Source: Pseudogymnoascus verrucosus (taxonomy: Eukaryota). Taken from it: 64,000 bases of DNA. The stretch lies in the NCBI GenBank assembly GCA_001662655.1, contig KV460211.1; one strand, given 5' to 3'. The notes under the pieces were generated by a model. It saw nothing but the letters and a program-made list of their open reading frames with translations, was not told the origin of the DNA and ran no database searches. Shown piece by piece: positions 1-11,900 of the stretch. The stretch's first letter is position 1, and every line of letters starts with the position of its first letter. A program made the translations under genes and the position numbers.

Positions 1-131
1 CATCTCTCCCCCCCCCCCACCCCCCCCCCCAAAACCCCCCCCCCCCCCCCTTAACAACCCGCTTCCCCCCCCCCCCCCCTGCGCAACCCTCTTCCCCCCC
101 CCGCCCCCCCCCTTCCCCCCCCCCCCCCCCC
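1..131. repeat. Poly-C low-complexity tract at the window edge, probably G-run-corrupted sequence
   Basis: Long C homopolymers with short non-C islands. On the minus strand the islands read KRVAQ / KRVVK / GF, resembling a basic Prp16 C-terminal tail. Confidence 0.6.
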
Positions 132-147
132 GCGGCTTCTCTCTCTC

Positions 148-501
148 CTACCTCTCCTCCTCCTTCCGCTTATCCTCCGCCATCTGCGTCTCAATCTCCA
201 TCTTGCGATTAAACTCTACCTCCGTCACCTGCTTCTCGCGCGTAGAGTACCCCTTCTCCTTCACGCTGTAAAACACCCCGCCTAGCTCCGCGAGCCACTT
301 AGGGTCGACAGACGTCACGGTGGACATGTACTCCTTCGACGTCAGGATCAGCTCGTGGTAAACCACGTAATCTGGCAAGTAACCCAGCCTATACAAGGCG
401 CTGGTGGGATGCAACTGGATCGCCACACTCGTGCACAAGTTCACATACTCCCTGATCCCCTTCACCTTCGCCGCCTGGTGATAGTACCCCGAGCAGATAT
501 A
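148..501 (-). pseudogene. prp16: 5'-truncated fragment of the pre-mRNA splicing DEAH-box helicase Prp16 (C-terminal OB-fold region)
   Basis: Reads [69 protein letters not shown]. Similarity stops abruptly at ~501 against an AG microsatellite and AT-rich DNA, only ~140 nt from the neighbouring stop codon, so there is no room for the helicase core. TAG at 148-150 looks premature. Confidence 0.8.
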
Positions 502-541
502 AGAGAAGAGAAAGAGAAGAGAAAGAGAAGAGAAAGAGAAG
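501..541 (+). repeat. Purine tandem repeat (AAGAGAAGAGA)n, ~3.5 copies
   Basis: aagagaagagaaagagaagagaaagagaagagaaagagaag is directly visible. Confidence 0.85.
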
Positions 542-641
542 GGAAATTATAGAAAGGTAGAGGAAAGTAAGAATAGTTATAGATGTTTTATTTATTATCT
601 TATGATTTTAATTACATGTAATATACATAAAATCTAGTTAA

Positions 642-2600
642 CTACTTATCGTTCTCTGTCGTTTTAGATATGATAATTATAGGCGAACTCGGGCTGTCAG
701 GTACCGCCTCGACGAAAGATGAGTTCGTTTGTAGACTATGATGAGATATCGTCGGCACCTCGAGCGTATCCCTCCTCGCCCTACCTCTCATCAAAGCACC
801 TGGCGGCGTTGAGATGGTATGCATCTCAGATGATGTCCGGTCGAATGGGAACGAGGCATCGCGCGGGCTATGCGAAGGCGATGGCGACGGATGGCGTATC
901 GAGGCTGCGCTTCCTGTAAAGCTCGCTGCTCTCGACGGTCGCATCGGTGCAACACTCCCATCTACATCCCGGGACTCGTTGAACTGTTTTCTTGTCTGAT
1001 TCAACTTCGGGTTTCGCTCCTCTTCGCCGGGCAGGGTTGGCCAGCCTGCTGCTATTCCATGCTTAAACGCGTCGTAGTTAAATCGCTCTGCTGAAGGGTG
1101 GGTGATGTCGCTGAACTTTTCTAATATTTTGGCTATATTTCGTCTGTTGCCAACGTCCATTGTAGAGCCCGTCGTAGACCTGCCGAGTTTCGCCATTCTA
1201 GACTGTCCTGATGTCTCGCCAGGGGTAGAAAAGCTACGTCCCATAGCCGTAGATCGCGCGTCTGGTTCGCTCGATTCTCGCGCTGCATTCACGCTGCGCC
1301 GTTCAAGGTCATCCGTATCCGCAGAGATGACAGAGTCGGGCGATGGAACATGGCCATCTCTAGGGGTATCGAGTCGTTCTTCTAGTTCACCGCCTGCTAA
1401 GAGCAGGTATAGCGATCCCATCACGGCAAGAACAGTTCCTGCGATAGGTGCCCATTGGCCTGAAAACTGTCAGCTATGCCACGGCGATAGAGAAAAGAGA
1501 CATACCAATACTAGCCATGGGTTCCGTTTTATACCTGACCTGCGCGCTGAAGAAATTCCTCTCGCCGATGATGAGGATGGCGAGCACGGCGGCACCAAAC
1601 ACGGGGATTTCGACGGCAAGCATGAATTTCCTAACTTGGTTTTTGACACGCATCATCGCGGCATTAGTGGCGCCATTCGTCCCGTCGATTATCTTGTTTT
1701 CTTCCCCTCCATCGCCAAAGCTTGTCTTCCACTTGATCTCGAGGATCTTATACCACATGGATATCAGCGAGAGGACGGCGGGGATGCAACAAGCAGCTGA
1801 CAGCAGTGTGGCCATGCCGAAGGTGAGTATATCCGGCGCTGGGACTACGTAGACGTCGTCTGCTGAGCCACCTCGCATGGGGGAGAACGGGCCTTGATCA
1901 GTGTTACAGATGAGACCACACGTCGTGTTGTAGCCGAATTCGCTCGCCTTTGGGGATACTGCATGTCCAAACTCGTCGTGAATGCAGTCCTTTGTTGAAA
2001 GCCTGAAGAACTGGACCGTCAGGCTGAGCAGACCTTTGCAAGGTTAGTCATGATCGTCGTAGAGGAAAGCCGACTTACCAGACAGGATGAGACCGGTCCA
2101 CGCAAAGATGGCGTTCCGGCCAGGGTCGTTAAAATATGTTCCTGACACCTTGACCGTCACTGGAGCGGCCAAGATGCCTATCGAGCAGAGCTGGAACGCC
2201 CCAAAGATGTCCAAATCAATACCGCCTACAGCCGTTAGTCACCGAAGCAGAACATCAATAGCTTACTTACCATCCGTGGGTACCGCGGCGAGAACGATGC
2301 CATGGAGAGCAGCAACGGCGGGGAAGAGCAATGTGGCCGCTAAACAAGCTTTTCTCAACCATTTCACGTTCCGAGCAAACACGCACGCAGCAACAAGGAC
2401 ATAGTATCTGGACGTGTCAGCTATGGCGTTAGGATTTTGCAAGGGGGCTGGACATACAATATTCGTGAGCCTAACCCATACTGGCCGGATACAGGCCACG
2501 CGCATACGACCTGCAAATATGGGTTGGCGGTTGCATTGGCAGCTGTCGCGTTTCGAACGACGAGCGTATTCATTAGCGACACGGAAGAGAGCGCCGGCAT
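642..2600 (-). CDS. Conserved fungal multi-pass membrane protein of unknown function (spliced)
   Basis: ATG at 2600 gives MPALSSVS..VVCAWPVSGQYGLGSRIL, then an intron (GTATGT..CAG), then YYVLVAACVFARNVKWLRKACLAATLLFPAVAALHG. Later exons join ORFs 1474-1878 and 642-1424. Several hydrophobic helices and a Ser/Pro-rich tail. Confidence 0.75.
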
Positions 2601-4011
2601 GGCTCGTCGTCTGTCCGCGCCCCAGCCGAGAAGGGTTTCGGATACGCCAGAGAGTTCCGTGGTCTATCTCACATTCGTTCAGAGCCGAGTGAAGTTGTTG
2701 TTCAGACACGCTGTCCTGTTTTCATTGTGTTCTCTCGCCCGACGCATGGTCTGTCGGGAGAGGTAAGAGAATCAAGTGACAGGTTCGTGGGTTCGTGATT
2801 ACGCAGATCACGCTGAATCACAACGCAGGTAAGATGGATGTATGTCTCCGAGGTTCAGATCAGATTACGTGCAGTAGGAGAGTTGGCGTGTGGGGATGGT
2901 GTGGGCTTCTAGAAGGTTTATATGGGGATCTCAAAGGGAGAAGGAGAGATCGCCCGAAAGTCAATCCTACGGGACGGACTGACACGAATCTCCCTCTGTA
3001 GACTCTCCACTCGGAATCGCACCGCTACGACGGAATGTGCGGCTGAGGGATAACTGGGAGGCGGCAATGTGATGCGCGACTTTACTCGAGCAGCAGGCTG
3101 CACGGTACTTGACCCCGCATCCTCACCGGCCCTGCACTTGCACTCTTACAGTAAGCGGCAGACGTCAGTAGTTATCCAACCCGCCAGACTATCCCGCCCC
3201 GATTGCCCAAGACAGGTACGACAAGCGACTAGTGTATCATATCTCGCCGTATCTGTGGGCTCTCTCCACACCGCCGCAAATAGGCAGCAGGATATGGAAG
3301 GCGAGCCTCATTTCAGATGATCTTTATCACTCTATGCAACTGTATGAGGACAACAAGTTCCTTTCGAAGAGAAACCCACTCCCATACTCTCATACACAGT
3401 CTTATCCCCAGCCAATCCTCCCCGGCCTCTCCCGACCTCCCCCCCCATTGTGATCGCGTGCCTCTGATCGTTTCCCTGTTCTATCCAATTTGTACTCCAT
3501 CGTTCTCTGCCAATCCCATGCCATGGCCGCCATCCTTCCGATTTTCCGACACAGCCTCACTTTGTTCGCACAACCGCACTAGTTGGTCTTACCCACGCTG
3601 CGCCTCGATAGGCACGTGCACGCTTTATTTGGTTTGGCAGTTCAGCCTTGTTCAACCTCTCGAGCCAAGTATCTCTGGGCCCTTGGCCGACAAATAGATT
3701 GTTCGCGATCCGTCTCCAAAAGAAACTTGCCGACGGGCTGTGTCTATTGAGCAGAGCTTTATCTCATCGACGAAGACGCTCTTAAGAGGGCCTCCCTTCT
3801 CGATCTCGATCTGCTCGACTGCTGCAAGTAATTTTTTTTAAGAATACCAGCTCCCATTGCATCTCATCTTCATGGCCGTCTGTGCGTCGCGATAAGAGCA
3901 ACAGCTAAGCTGTACTTCAACTTGTGCCAACTGAGGATTTGGCACGGCTACCCTTGCATCCAAGCACACGACATTCGCGCGGCAGCATCTTACCCTCGAG
4001 AATGCCCAGCA

Positions 4012-6201
4012 ATGGCTCACACTGAAATGGAACCAGACACTGACACCAGTCGCATTCGAAACTGGCGATCAATTGTCACATTGCTCGTTTTCATCATCAC
4101 CAGTGAGTGAAATATTTTCTCGGGCAGGACATGCTGACGCCCACAGACTGCATCGTCCTGTTCCCTTTCCATATCCCAATTTACGTCCCTCGGTCGCTCT
4201 CAAATGCGTTCCTTGATACCCTGAGCACATTGCGAGTAATATCGCCGCGCTCTCACCATGACAGTGATGATAATGGCAAAGTCAAGCCCTTTGTGCGGCT
4301 GAACTTCCCCATGAACTTTGTAACTGCGCCCCTAATAGCAGACCTATTTCTACTTGCCATCCTAGCTATCGGCCGCAAGGAGGTCCACGATGGCACGATT
4401 GGCGCAGACAACATCTCCCCAATTGATATCATGGCCTTCTTCATCACGTTGGCGTACATCGCCATTTCCATCGACGCTTCCGGCCTGATCAGATTCTTGG
4501 CATTCAAGGTTCTCCAAAAAGGTGGTAAAGTTGGGCACCGGCTGTTCTTCTACCTCTATATCTTCTTCTTTGGCCTGGGCAGCTTCATAGGGAACGACCC
4601 CATCATTCTGTCCGGCACCGCCTTTCTCGCCTACATGACCCGCGTGTCGAGCAACATCGTTCACCCCCGGGCATGGATCCACACTCAATTCGCTATAGCA
4701 AACATTGCGTCCGCGATCCTCGTCTCCTCTAACCCGACCAACCTTGTCCTCGCTGGTGCTTTTAACATCAAGTTCATCAATTACACCGCAAACATGATTG
4801 TGCCTGTTGTTGTCACGGCCATTGTCCTCTTCCCTTTCTTGCTTTACATCATCTTCGCGGACGAGTCTCTTATCCCGCTCTCGATCAAGATGCACGAACT
4901 GTCAGATGAAGCGAAATCGAGAAAACCCGCAAATCCCAACATTCCTCACTCTAGGGGAAATGTCGAGGAAGAAGAGATCTTGGCGGCAAACGACGAGCAG
5001 GCCAACACTCTCTCCTTGGAGGAGATTATGAATCCATTCCTAGACAAGGGAGGCGCGGCATTCGGAGCCGCTGTCATGGCGGCGACTCTTGTTACTGTTC
5101 TCGCGCTCAACGCTGCTAGCCAGAGCGGCAACGAACGTCCTGTTTACTGGGTGACTTTGCCGGGCGCGTTTGTCATGTTTTGCTGGGACTTGGGATTCGG
5201 GTGGTTCCATCGGGAGGAGACACGCAGTATCGCGCGCAAAGGCCGGCAAGAAGTCGAGGCTGCTCGAGCCGAACGTGCAAACAGAGAGTCTGCTCTTGAC
5301 CAGGAGGGCCCAGTATTCGGACATGCCATGGTTCTGACAGAGTCGCCTGTGGCTGAACCAGCTCGGGCAACTGAGAACGAGGGACAAACCCACACGCCAA
5401 CCCCGTCCGATCGATCAGCTAGCGCTATTGGTATTCTCGACGAGAAGCAGGAGTTAGATCGAGATTCTGCTTCCAAACCCCGAGTCGTAGTGACTTTGAG
5501 CGAACCGGCGGACGACAAGATACCACCATCTGAGCGAAGTCAAAAACATGAGCGTGCAACGCTTACATCGCTCGGTGCAGATGCTTACAGATGGTCTCAG
5601 GAGACATTCCCTACCGTCACGGCCGTTCTAGCGCATCTACCGTTCGCACTTATTCCCTTTGCTTTCACCATGTTCATCCTTGTGCAAGCGCTGGTTACCA
5701 AAGGTTGGGTATCTGTCTTTGCCTACGGATGGGATCATTGGGTTTCCAAGACAGGGACTGTCGGTGCCATTGGCGGCATGGGTTTCCTGTCTGTTGTTCT
5801 TTGCAATGTAGGTCTTCCCAAATGACCAACAAATGTAGCCAGCTAACAATGAATAGTTTGCCGGCACCAATATCGGCACCACCATTCTTCTGTGCCGTGT
5901 AGTCCAAGCATGGACGGATATCCACGACGAAAACCTAATCCCCATCAGCAATCGGACATTTTGGGCAACAGTATATGGAATGGCTATTGGCGTGAACTAT
6001 GGAGCGTTCAGCACGGCATTCAGTGCGTCGCTTGCTGGTATGCTATGGAGGGATATCCTCGCTCGGAAACACATCCATGTTAAGAGGCTCGATTTTGCAC
6101 GGGTGAATCTTCCAATCATCGCAATCTCGATGGCCGTCGGTTGTACCGTCCTCGTTGGCCAGGTCTATATTGTTCGAGATACCTCGCCTTACAATGCGTG
6201 A
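4012..6201 (+). CDS. ArsB/CitMHS (ion-transporter superfamily) membrane transporter, 2 introns
   Basis: MAHTEMEP..WRSIVTLLVFIIT, then a GTGAGT intron into the 4107-5825 ORF. IT-family motifs GNDPIILSGT and ANIASAILVSSNPTNLVLA; many TM helices. A second intron (~5808-5856) leads to FAGTNIGTTILLC..GVNYGAFSTAFSASLAGMLW. Confidence 0.8.
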
Positions 6202-6765
6202 AGATGAGTAATTCTTCACATAGTGCTGGCGACGACGTCTTTAAGCTTTGAGGTGTGACTGGTGGTAGGGGAAATACTATTTCTCCACAACCACTCTGAT
6301 CCCACAATCATTACCGCATCAACCCAATATCAGCACACACATACCCCGGATTCTTCGTCTGGCCCATCGAAACATTTAGCAATTTCACGAACTTAACGAC
6401 TAAAAGTAGCGTTGTACATAGATATATTATAATTGATCCTCTCAATAGATTCTGGCGATAACATAATATTATATTGATCTATGAGAGCCTTCATCCGATG
6501 TTGCAGCTCATCCCCTTGCCTCCGCCGTCGCAGTATAACTTTGATCTCCACGAGTATCAAATCCCTAAACGATAAATACCATCACGTGGAACCATCGGGG
6601 CGACGTCGGGCCGGTGGAGCTGCCATGACGAACTTTATTTGGACCCCTGCACTAAATATTTTGACCCTCGGCGTTCCTTCAATCAATTGCACTTTTGTTA
6701 CTTGCTTTGTTCTGCGTCAGGCACATGGCGATACCCTCCCAGCCGATCAATTGCATATCCCACCC

Positions 6766-8280
6766 ATGAAGAACCACAAGCTCACGGTCGAGAAGATCGC
6801 GGCCAGCGTGCAAGGCTACTTCAAACAACGCGCTCCGTTCCGGATCAATCATGGCTCAACGAACAGCACCCGCCAGGCGTTCCAACGCCAGAACACGGTC
6901 GACATCAGCGCTCTCTCCCGGGTCCTAAAAGTCGACACTAAAACACGAACTGCCCTGGTCGAACCGAACGTGCCAATGGACCGTCTCGTCGAAGCTACAA
7001 TGAAACATGGCTTAATCCCACCGGTTGTCATGGAATTCCCCGGGATTACAGCTGGAGGTGGCTTTGCAGGAACCGGAGGCGAGAGCAGCTCTTTCAAGTA
7101 TGGATATTTCAACGAAACCGTTAATTCGGTGGAGGTTGTACTTGGGAATGGAGAAGTTGTGACTGCTTCGGAAAAGGAGAACGCCGACCTCTTCCATGGA
7201 GCCTCTGGTGCGGTGGGAAGTTTGGGCATATCAACTTTGCTTGAGCTACAGCTCATTCAGGCAAAGAAATACGTCAAGGCAACTTACCACACAGTTAAAT
7301 CCGTCCCCGAGGCTGTCAAGAAGGTGAGGGAAGAAACGGAGAATGCAAAACTTGATTATGTGGATGGCATTCTCTTCTCTAAAGACCACGGTGCGATAGT
7401 CACCGGCACGATGACAGACGAACTCCCACCAAATGCTCATGTACAGACTTTCAGCGACGCGAGGGATCCTTGGTTTTACTTGCACGTGCAGGACAAAACG
7501 AAGGGAGTCGCAGAATACACTGAATATATCCCATTGGCCGAGTATCTGTTCCGATATGATCGTGGAGGCTTTTGGGTTGGCGCGTCTGCTTTCAAGTATT
7601 TCCGATTCCCGTTCAATTGGCTCTCTCGCTGGTGGCTTGACGACTTCTTGCACACGAGGATGCTGTACAAAGCACTTCATGCTAGCGGACAATCCAGAAA
7701 CTATGTCATCCAAGATCTTGCCCTTCCATATTCTACAGCGGAAGAATTCATAAACTACACGGCTGACTCATTCAAAATATGGCCCTTATGGCTATGCCCG
7801 TTAAAGCAAACTCGCCTTCCAACTCTGCACCCCCATAACCCCGAGATGGACACCGATGGCAAAACATTAAAGCCAATGCTTAATGTTGGCCTCTGGGGAT
7901 TTGGCCCTGCACAGCGGGACAAATTTGTTGCCAAAAACCGCGAGCTGGAGCACAAGCTTCGTGACCTTGGAGGTATGAAGTGGCACTATGCCCACACGTA
8001 CTACGAGGAGAACGAGTTCTGGAAGATGTTCGATCGCAAGTGGTATGACGGCCTACGGAAGAAATACCATGGCGAGTCGCTACCCAGTGTCTGGCACAAG
8101 GTTAAAGTTGATCCCGACGCCGCGAAGAAGGCAGATAATAGTTCGTGGGGCACATGGGCGCTCCAGTTCTGGCCCCTTGGCGGGATTTGGGGACTCCGGA
8201 AATCTATTGAAAGTCGTGAATATCTCATCGCAAGGAACTCGACTTGGAAATCAAAGAAGGGTCCAGAGGAGGGTAGATGA
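6766..8280 (+). CDS. FAD-binding (VAO/FAD_binding_4) oxidoreductase, delta24-sterol reductase (DHCR24/DWF1)-like
   Basis: VEPNVPMDRLV, PVVMEFPGITAGGGFAGTGGESSSFKYG, YLFRYDRGGFW, IQDLALP, IWPLWLCP and GGMKWHYAHTYY. Likely start MKNHK at 6766; intronless. Confidence 0.85.
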   Translation: MKNHKLTVEKIAASVQGYFKQRAPFRINHGSTNSTRQAFQRQNTVDISALSRVLKVDTKTRTALVEPNVPMDRLVEATMKHGLIPPVVMEFPGITAGGGFAGTGGESSSFKYGYFNETVNSVEVVLGNGEVVTASEKENADLFHGASGAVGSLGISTLLELQLIQAKKYVKATYHTVKSVPEAVKKVREETENAKLDYVDGILFSKDHGAIVTGTMTDELPPNAHVQTFSDARDPWFYLHVQDKTKGVAEYTEYIPLAEYLFRYDRGGFWVGASAFKYFRFPFNWLSRWWLDDFLHTRMLYKALHASGQSRNYVIQDLALPYSTAEEFINYTADSFKIWPLWLCPLKQTRLPTLHPHNPEMDTDGKTLKPMLNVGLWGFGPAQRDKFVAKNRELEHKLRDLGGMKWHYAHTYYEENEFWKMFDRKWYDGLRKKYHGESLPSVWHKVKVDPDAAKKADNSSWGTWALQFWPLGGIWGLRKSIESREYLIARNSTWKSKKGPEEGR

Positions 8281-8906
8281 GATTAAGGGCGTGCTGGTGT
8301 AGGCAGTTGCAGCTTCAAGGATCCAATATTGCTCAAAGGATCTCTATTGCCATCCTCCCGAAGCAAGATCCCGCTGGAAGATAACTCACGGCTACAGAAA
8401 CGGATGGGCGCCAAACTTTCGAAGGTCAGGCGGCAGGGTGCCGCGGTACGGATGTATCGAATTTCTTGAGCAAACCAATGCTCGGCATCATCTGTTAGAG
8501 TGGACATCTCCGGGGCGTGCTACACCTCTCTAGAAGGCTGGGAAACCACTCTTCGCCTCAACGTTAGAAACTGACTTCGGGTTAATATTCAATTGTATAT
8601 ATCAATGTAGACAAACTATTCATGTATAGTATAATTCAACTCAACGAGCAAGATGAATGCTTTGTAAATATATAATAAAGATATTTTCCAAATATAATTA
8701 CAATTCAGACATCATTAATAGTCAGCTTCAGCTTTAAGACCTCAAAATTGCTTTGAGAATCTAACAGATTTTATAAAGTTCCTAAATAAGTAGAATATAT
8801 AATTTTATACACTGCTATACCGAAAAATATGGGTTGTGCATCTTCTGAGCGGCATATGTGTCCGTCCCATACCCTCCCCCTCCGTATCCAATACAAATTC
8901 ACCGCC

Positions 8907-11900
8907 CTACCTATCCAAGGCCTGGCTCTGACACATCTGGTAGTACACGCCCTTCTTGCCCAACAGTTCCGCATGACTTCCCTTTTCGAGTACTCTTGCG
9001 CCTCCCGCGCCACCCCCAAGCACAAAGATCACGTCCGCATTCTGAATCGTCGCTAGACGATGCGCGACGACGACCATAGTCCTACCCTTACCCGCCTTCT
9101 CAAACGCAGCCTGGATCAACTTCTCGGACTCGCTGTCGAGACTGGACGTCGCCTCATCTAGCAGCAAGACCTGGGGATTGCGGACAAGGGCACGGGCGAT
9201 TGAGATGCGCTGCTTCTGCCCACCAGACAGAGCCACACCCTTACTGCCAATGTCAGTGCCATACCCGTCAGGAAGCGACTCGATAAAGTCGTGGATCTCA
9301 GCCTCGCGGCAAGCTTTGAAAACCTCTTCGTCTGTTGCGTCGTCCACCCCGAGAAGGATATTCTCTTTAATGGTTCCCTGGAAGAGGGTTGCCTCCTGCG
9401 CAACAAGGGACATTATCTTGCGGTACTCCTTAACATTCAGCTCCGTCACGTCCTGCCCATCGATCAATATGGAACCTCCTTGGACTTGATAAAACTGCTC
9501 TAACAGCGAGATAATCGTGCTCTTTCCACACCCTGACGGCCCCACTAATGCGGCGAATTGGCCCTTCTTGATAGTCAGGTTGAGACTTTCAAATATCGGC
9601 AAGTCTCTTGTCGGGTATGTGTATTGCACATCCTTGAACTGGATCTCGACTCCACCCTCGGCCTCAAAGGATTTCCCAGAATCGCCAGTGCCCACGTCTC
9701 TCAACTTGAGAATTCGATTGGCAGCAGCAGTCGCCTGGGCTACATTTGGGCCAAAACTCATCCATTGCCCAGCCGCCTCGGCACCCTGGATAACAGCTGT
9801 ATAGATGATAATGAACTGTTTGATATCATATTCTCCACTCACTTGCAGGCGTCCTCCATACCAAAAGGTCAACGCCATGCAGAGCATATTTATACTGTCA
9901 CTCAGAGCGAATACTAGAGTGCTGTACCGGGACTTCATTCTGCTCTGGTAGAGGTGGTGGTCCAGAAGGTCTTCGTACCGCTGGCATATTTTGTCTTCGA
10001 GGGTAAGGCTTGCCACGGTTCTGACGGCTCCGAACGCCTCTGATGCAAACTTCGAACTCTCGGCAAAGACATCGGCGTTCAACTTTTCGAATTGGATCTC
10101 ATACCTGACGCGGAAGAAGCCAGCAGTGAAGGTTAGTGGGAGTGCAGCAACCAGCGACACAAGAGCCAGTTTCCATCCTATGGCCAAGGATAATATGATA
10201 CAGGCCGTCAGCGAGGATATGGCGATATAAACAAAGCCCATGTTCGTGCCCATTAATTCTTGCAGCTGGGTTGGGTCAGACGATAGTCGAGCCACGAGAG
10301 TTCCTGTCGAATTATCCTCTTGATCAAAAAACTTGATCGGCTTGTGCACAACGCCCTCAAAGTATTGCTGGCGATATGTATTTGCAACATGCACAGATAG
10401 AGAATTGGCACACCAGCCCATAACGAAGTACGATACGCCAACACCTATTGCAAGGTAAACAAACGCCAATGCCCACGTTTGGCTAGCACTTGACATTCCC
10501 TGGACGTCGTCGGGTCGGTAATCGCTAAAGACTGAAATAACGTTCGCCATGAGGAATGCTGTGACGGGAACGGCGGCTACAAAGGTCAGCTCGATACGCC
10601 AAGGTGATGAACGCATTTCTTACCTCCTCCACCCAGTGATCCCAGTATCGTCAGAAACAACCAAGGCAGATGTCTTCTGTTTTCGAAAAGCAACACCCCA
10701 AAACTCCGAAAGACATCTTTCTGCACATAAGTATCGACCTTTGTTTCGACGGCAATCTTTTCCGAGACCTCTGTTGCCTCTAGAGAGGCGGTTGAGTCCT
10801 CTTCAATCTCCCACTCCTTGGTGCTGCCCATTATGATCTGCTGTGCGTGTACGAGGTTGTGATATACACCATCCTCATCCTTGACAAGTTCTTCGTGTGA
10901 GCCTTGCTCGACCACCTTTCCTTTCGCAACAACTATGATCTTGTCGGCCTTTTTGATGGTTGAAAGTCGATGGGCAATTGTAATCGTGGTTCGGTCTTTG
11001 GCTACTCTGTCAAGCGCAGCCTGGACAATTCGTTCTCCGCGAACATCGATGGAACTGGTGGCCTCGTCAAAGATCAAGATCTGGGGGCGTTTCACAATCG
11101 CTCGTGCGATGGCAAGTCGTTGCCGTTGGCCACCACTGAGCTTCATCCCACTCTCGCCAACCTGTGTGTCATAGCCCTGGTTATCGTTAGCGAAAGTCGA
11201 CATCTAATAACAAAGATCTTACAAGGGGTAGTCTGGTAATATACTCGTCGGCGAACGACTCCTCGCACGCCTCCTTTACCCGCTCTCTTTTGATTGATTC
11301 CTCTGCGTCTTCCCACTCGGTACCAACCAGCCCGTATGCAACGTTGGCAAATATCGAATCATTGAAGATAAACGGCTCCTGTTGAACAAGGCCGATCTGA
11401 GATCTCCAGTACTTCAAGTTTATATCGTCTAGTGCATGGTTTCCCATCTTGATGGCTCCACCCAGCTGGACATTTTCAGATTTTTCTGATTCCTCGGCCT
11501 CCATTTCTGGCGTGAGATTATACCATCTCTCAATGAGGCCGACGATGGTTGATTTCCCAGATCCAGATGGCCCCACAATGGCTGTGAGCTTGCCCTTTTC
11601 AAATACAGCATTAAAGTCATCAAGAACTTTGACATGCGGCCGTGTCGGATATGCGAATGTTACATTTTCGAACTTGATATCGTCAGGAGTCAAGACAGCC
11701 GGATCGCTCAGTCCATCCCGCGACAATGTTGGCTTGTCGATGATCGCAAAAAACTCTGCGGCCGCCGCAGCCGACTTCGTGGCAGCATTCAACGGTGTAA
11801 TAACGCTTCCAAGTGACATGACAGATATCAAGACGCTCATAAGGACACTGCGATAGTCAGTTATATGTTCCACGAGTATCCAGAACACTCACATTAAAAT

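Noticed and set aside
1..131. Poly-C tract as a telomere or biological G4 element
   Set aside because: No CCCTAA repeats. The non-C islands resemble the Prp16 tail, so low-quality G-run sequence is more likely.
6481..6765. Upstream in-frame ATG extending the DHCR24-like ORF to 599 aa
   Set aside because: The extension looks like promoter/UTR sequence; family-like sequence begins at MKNHK (6766).
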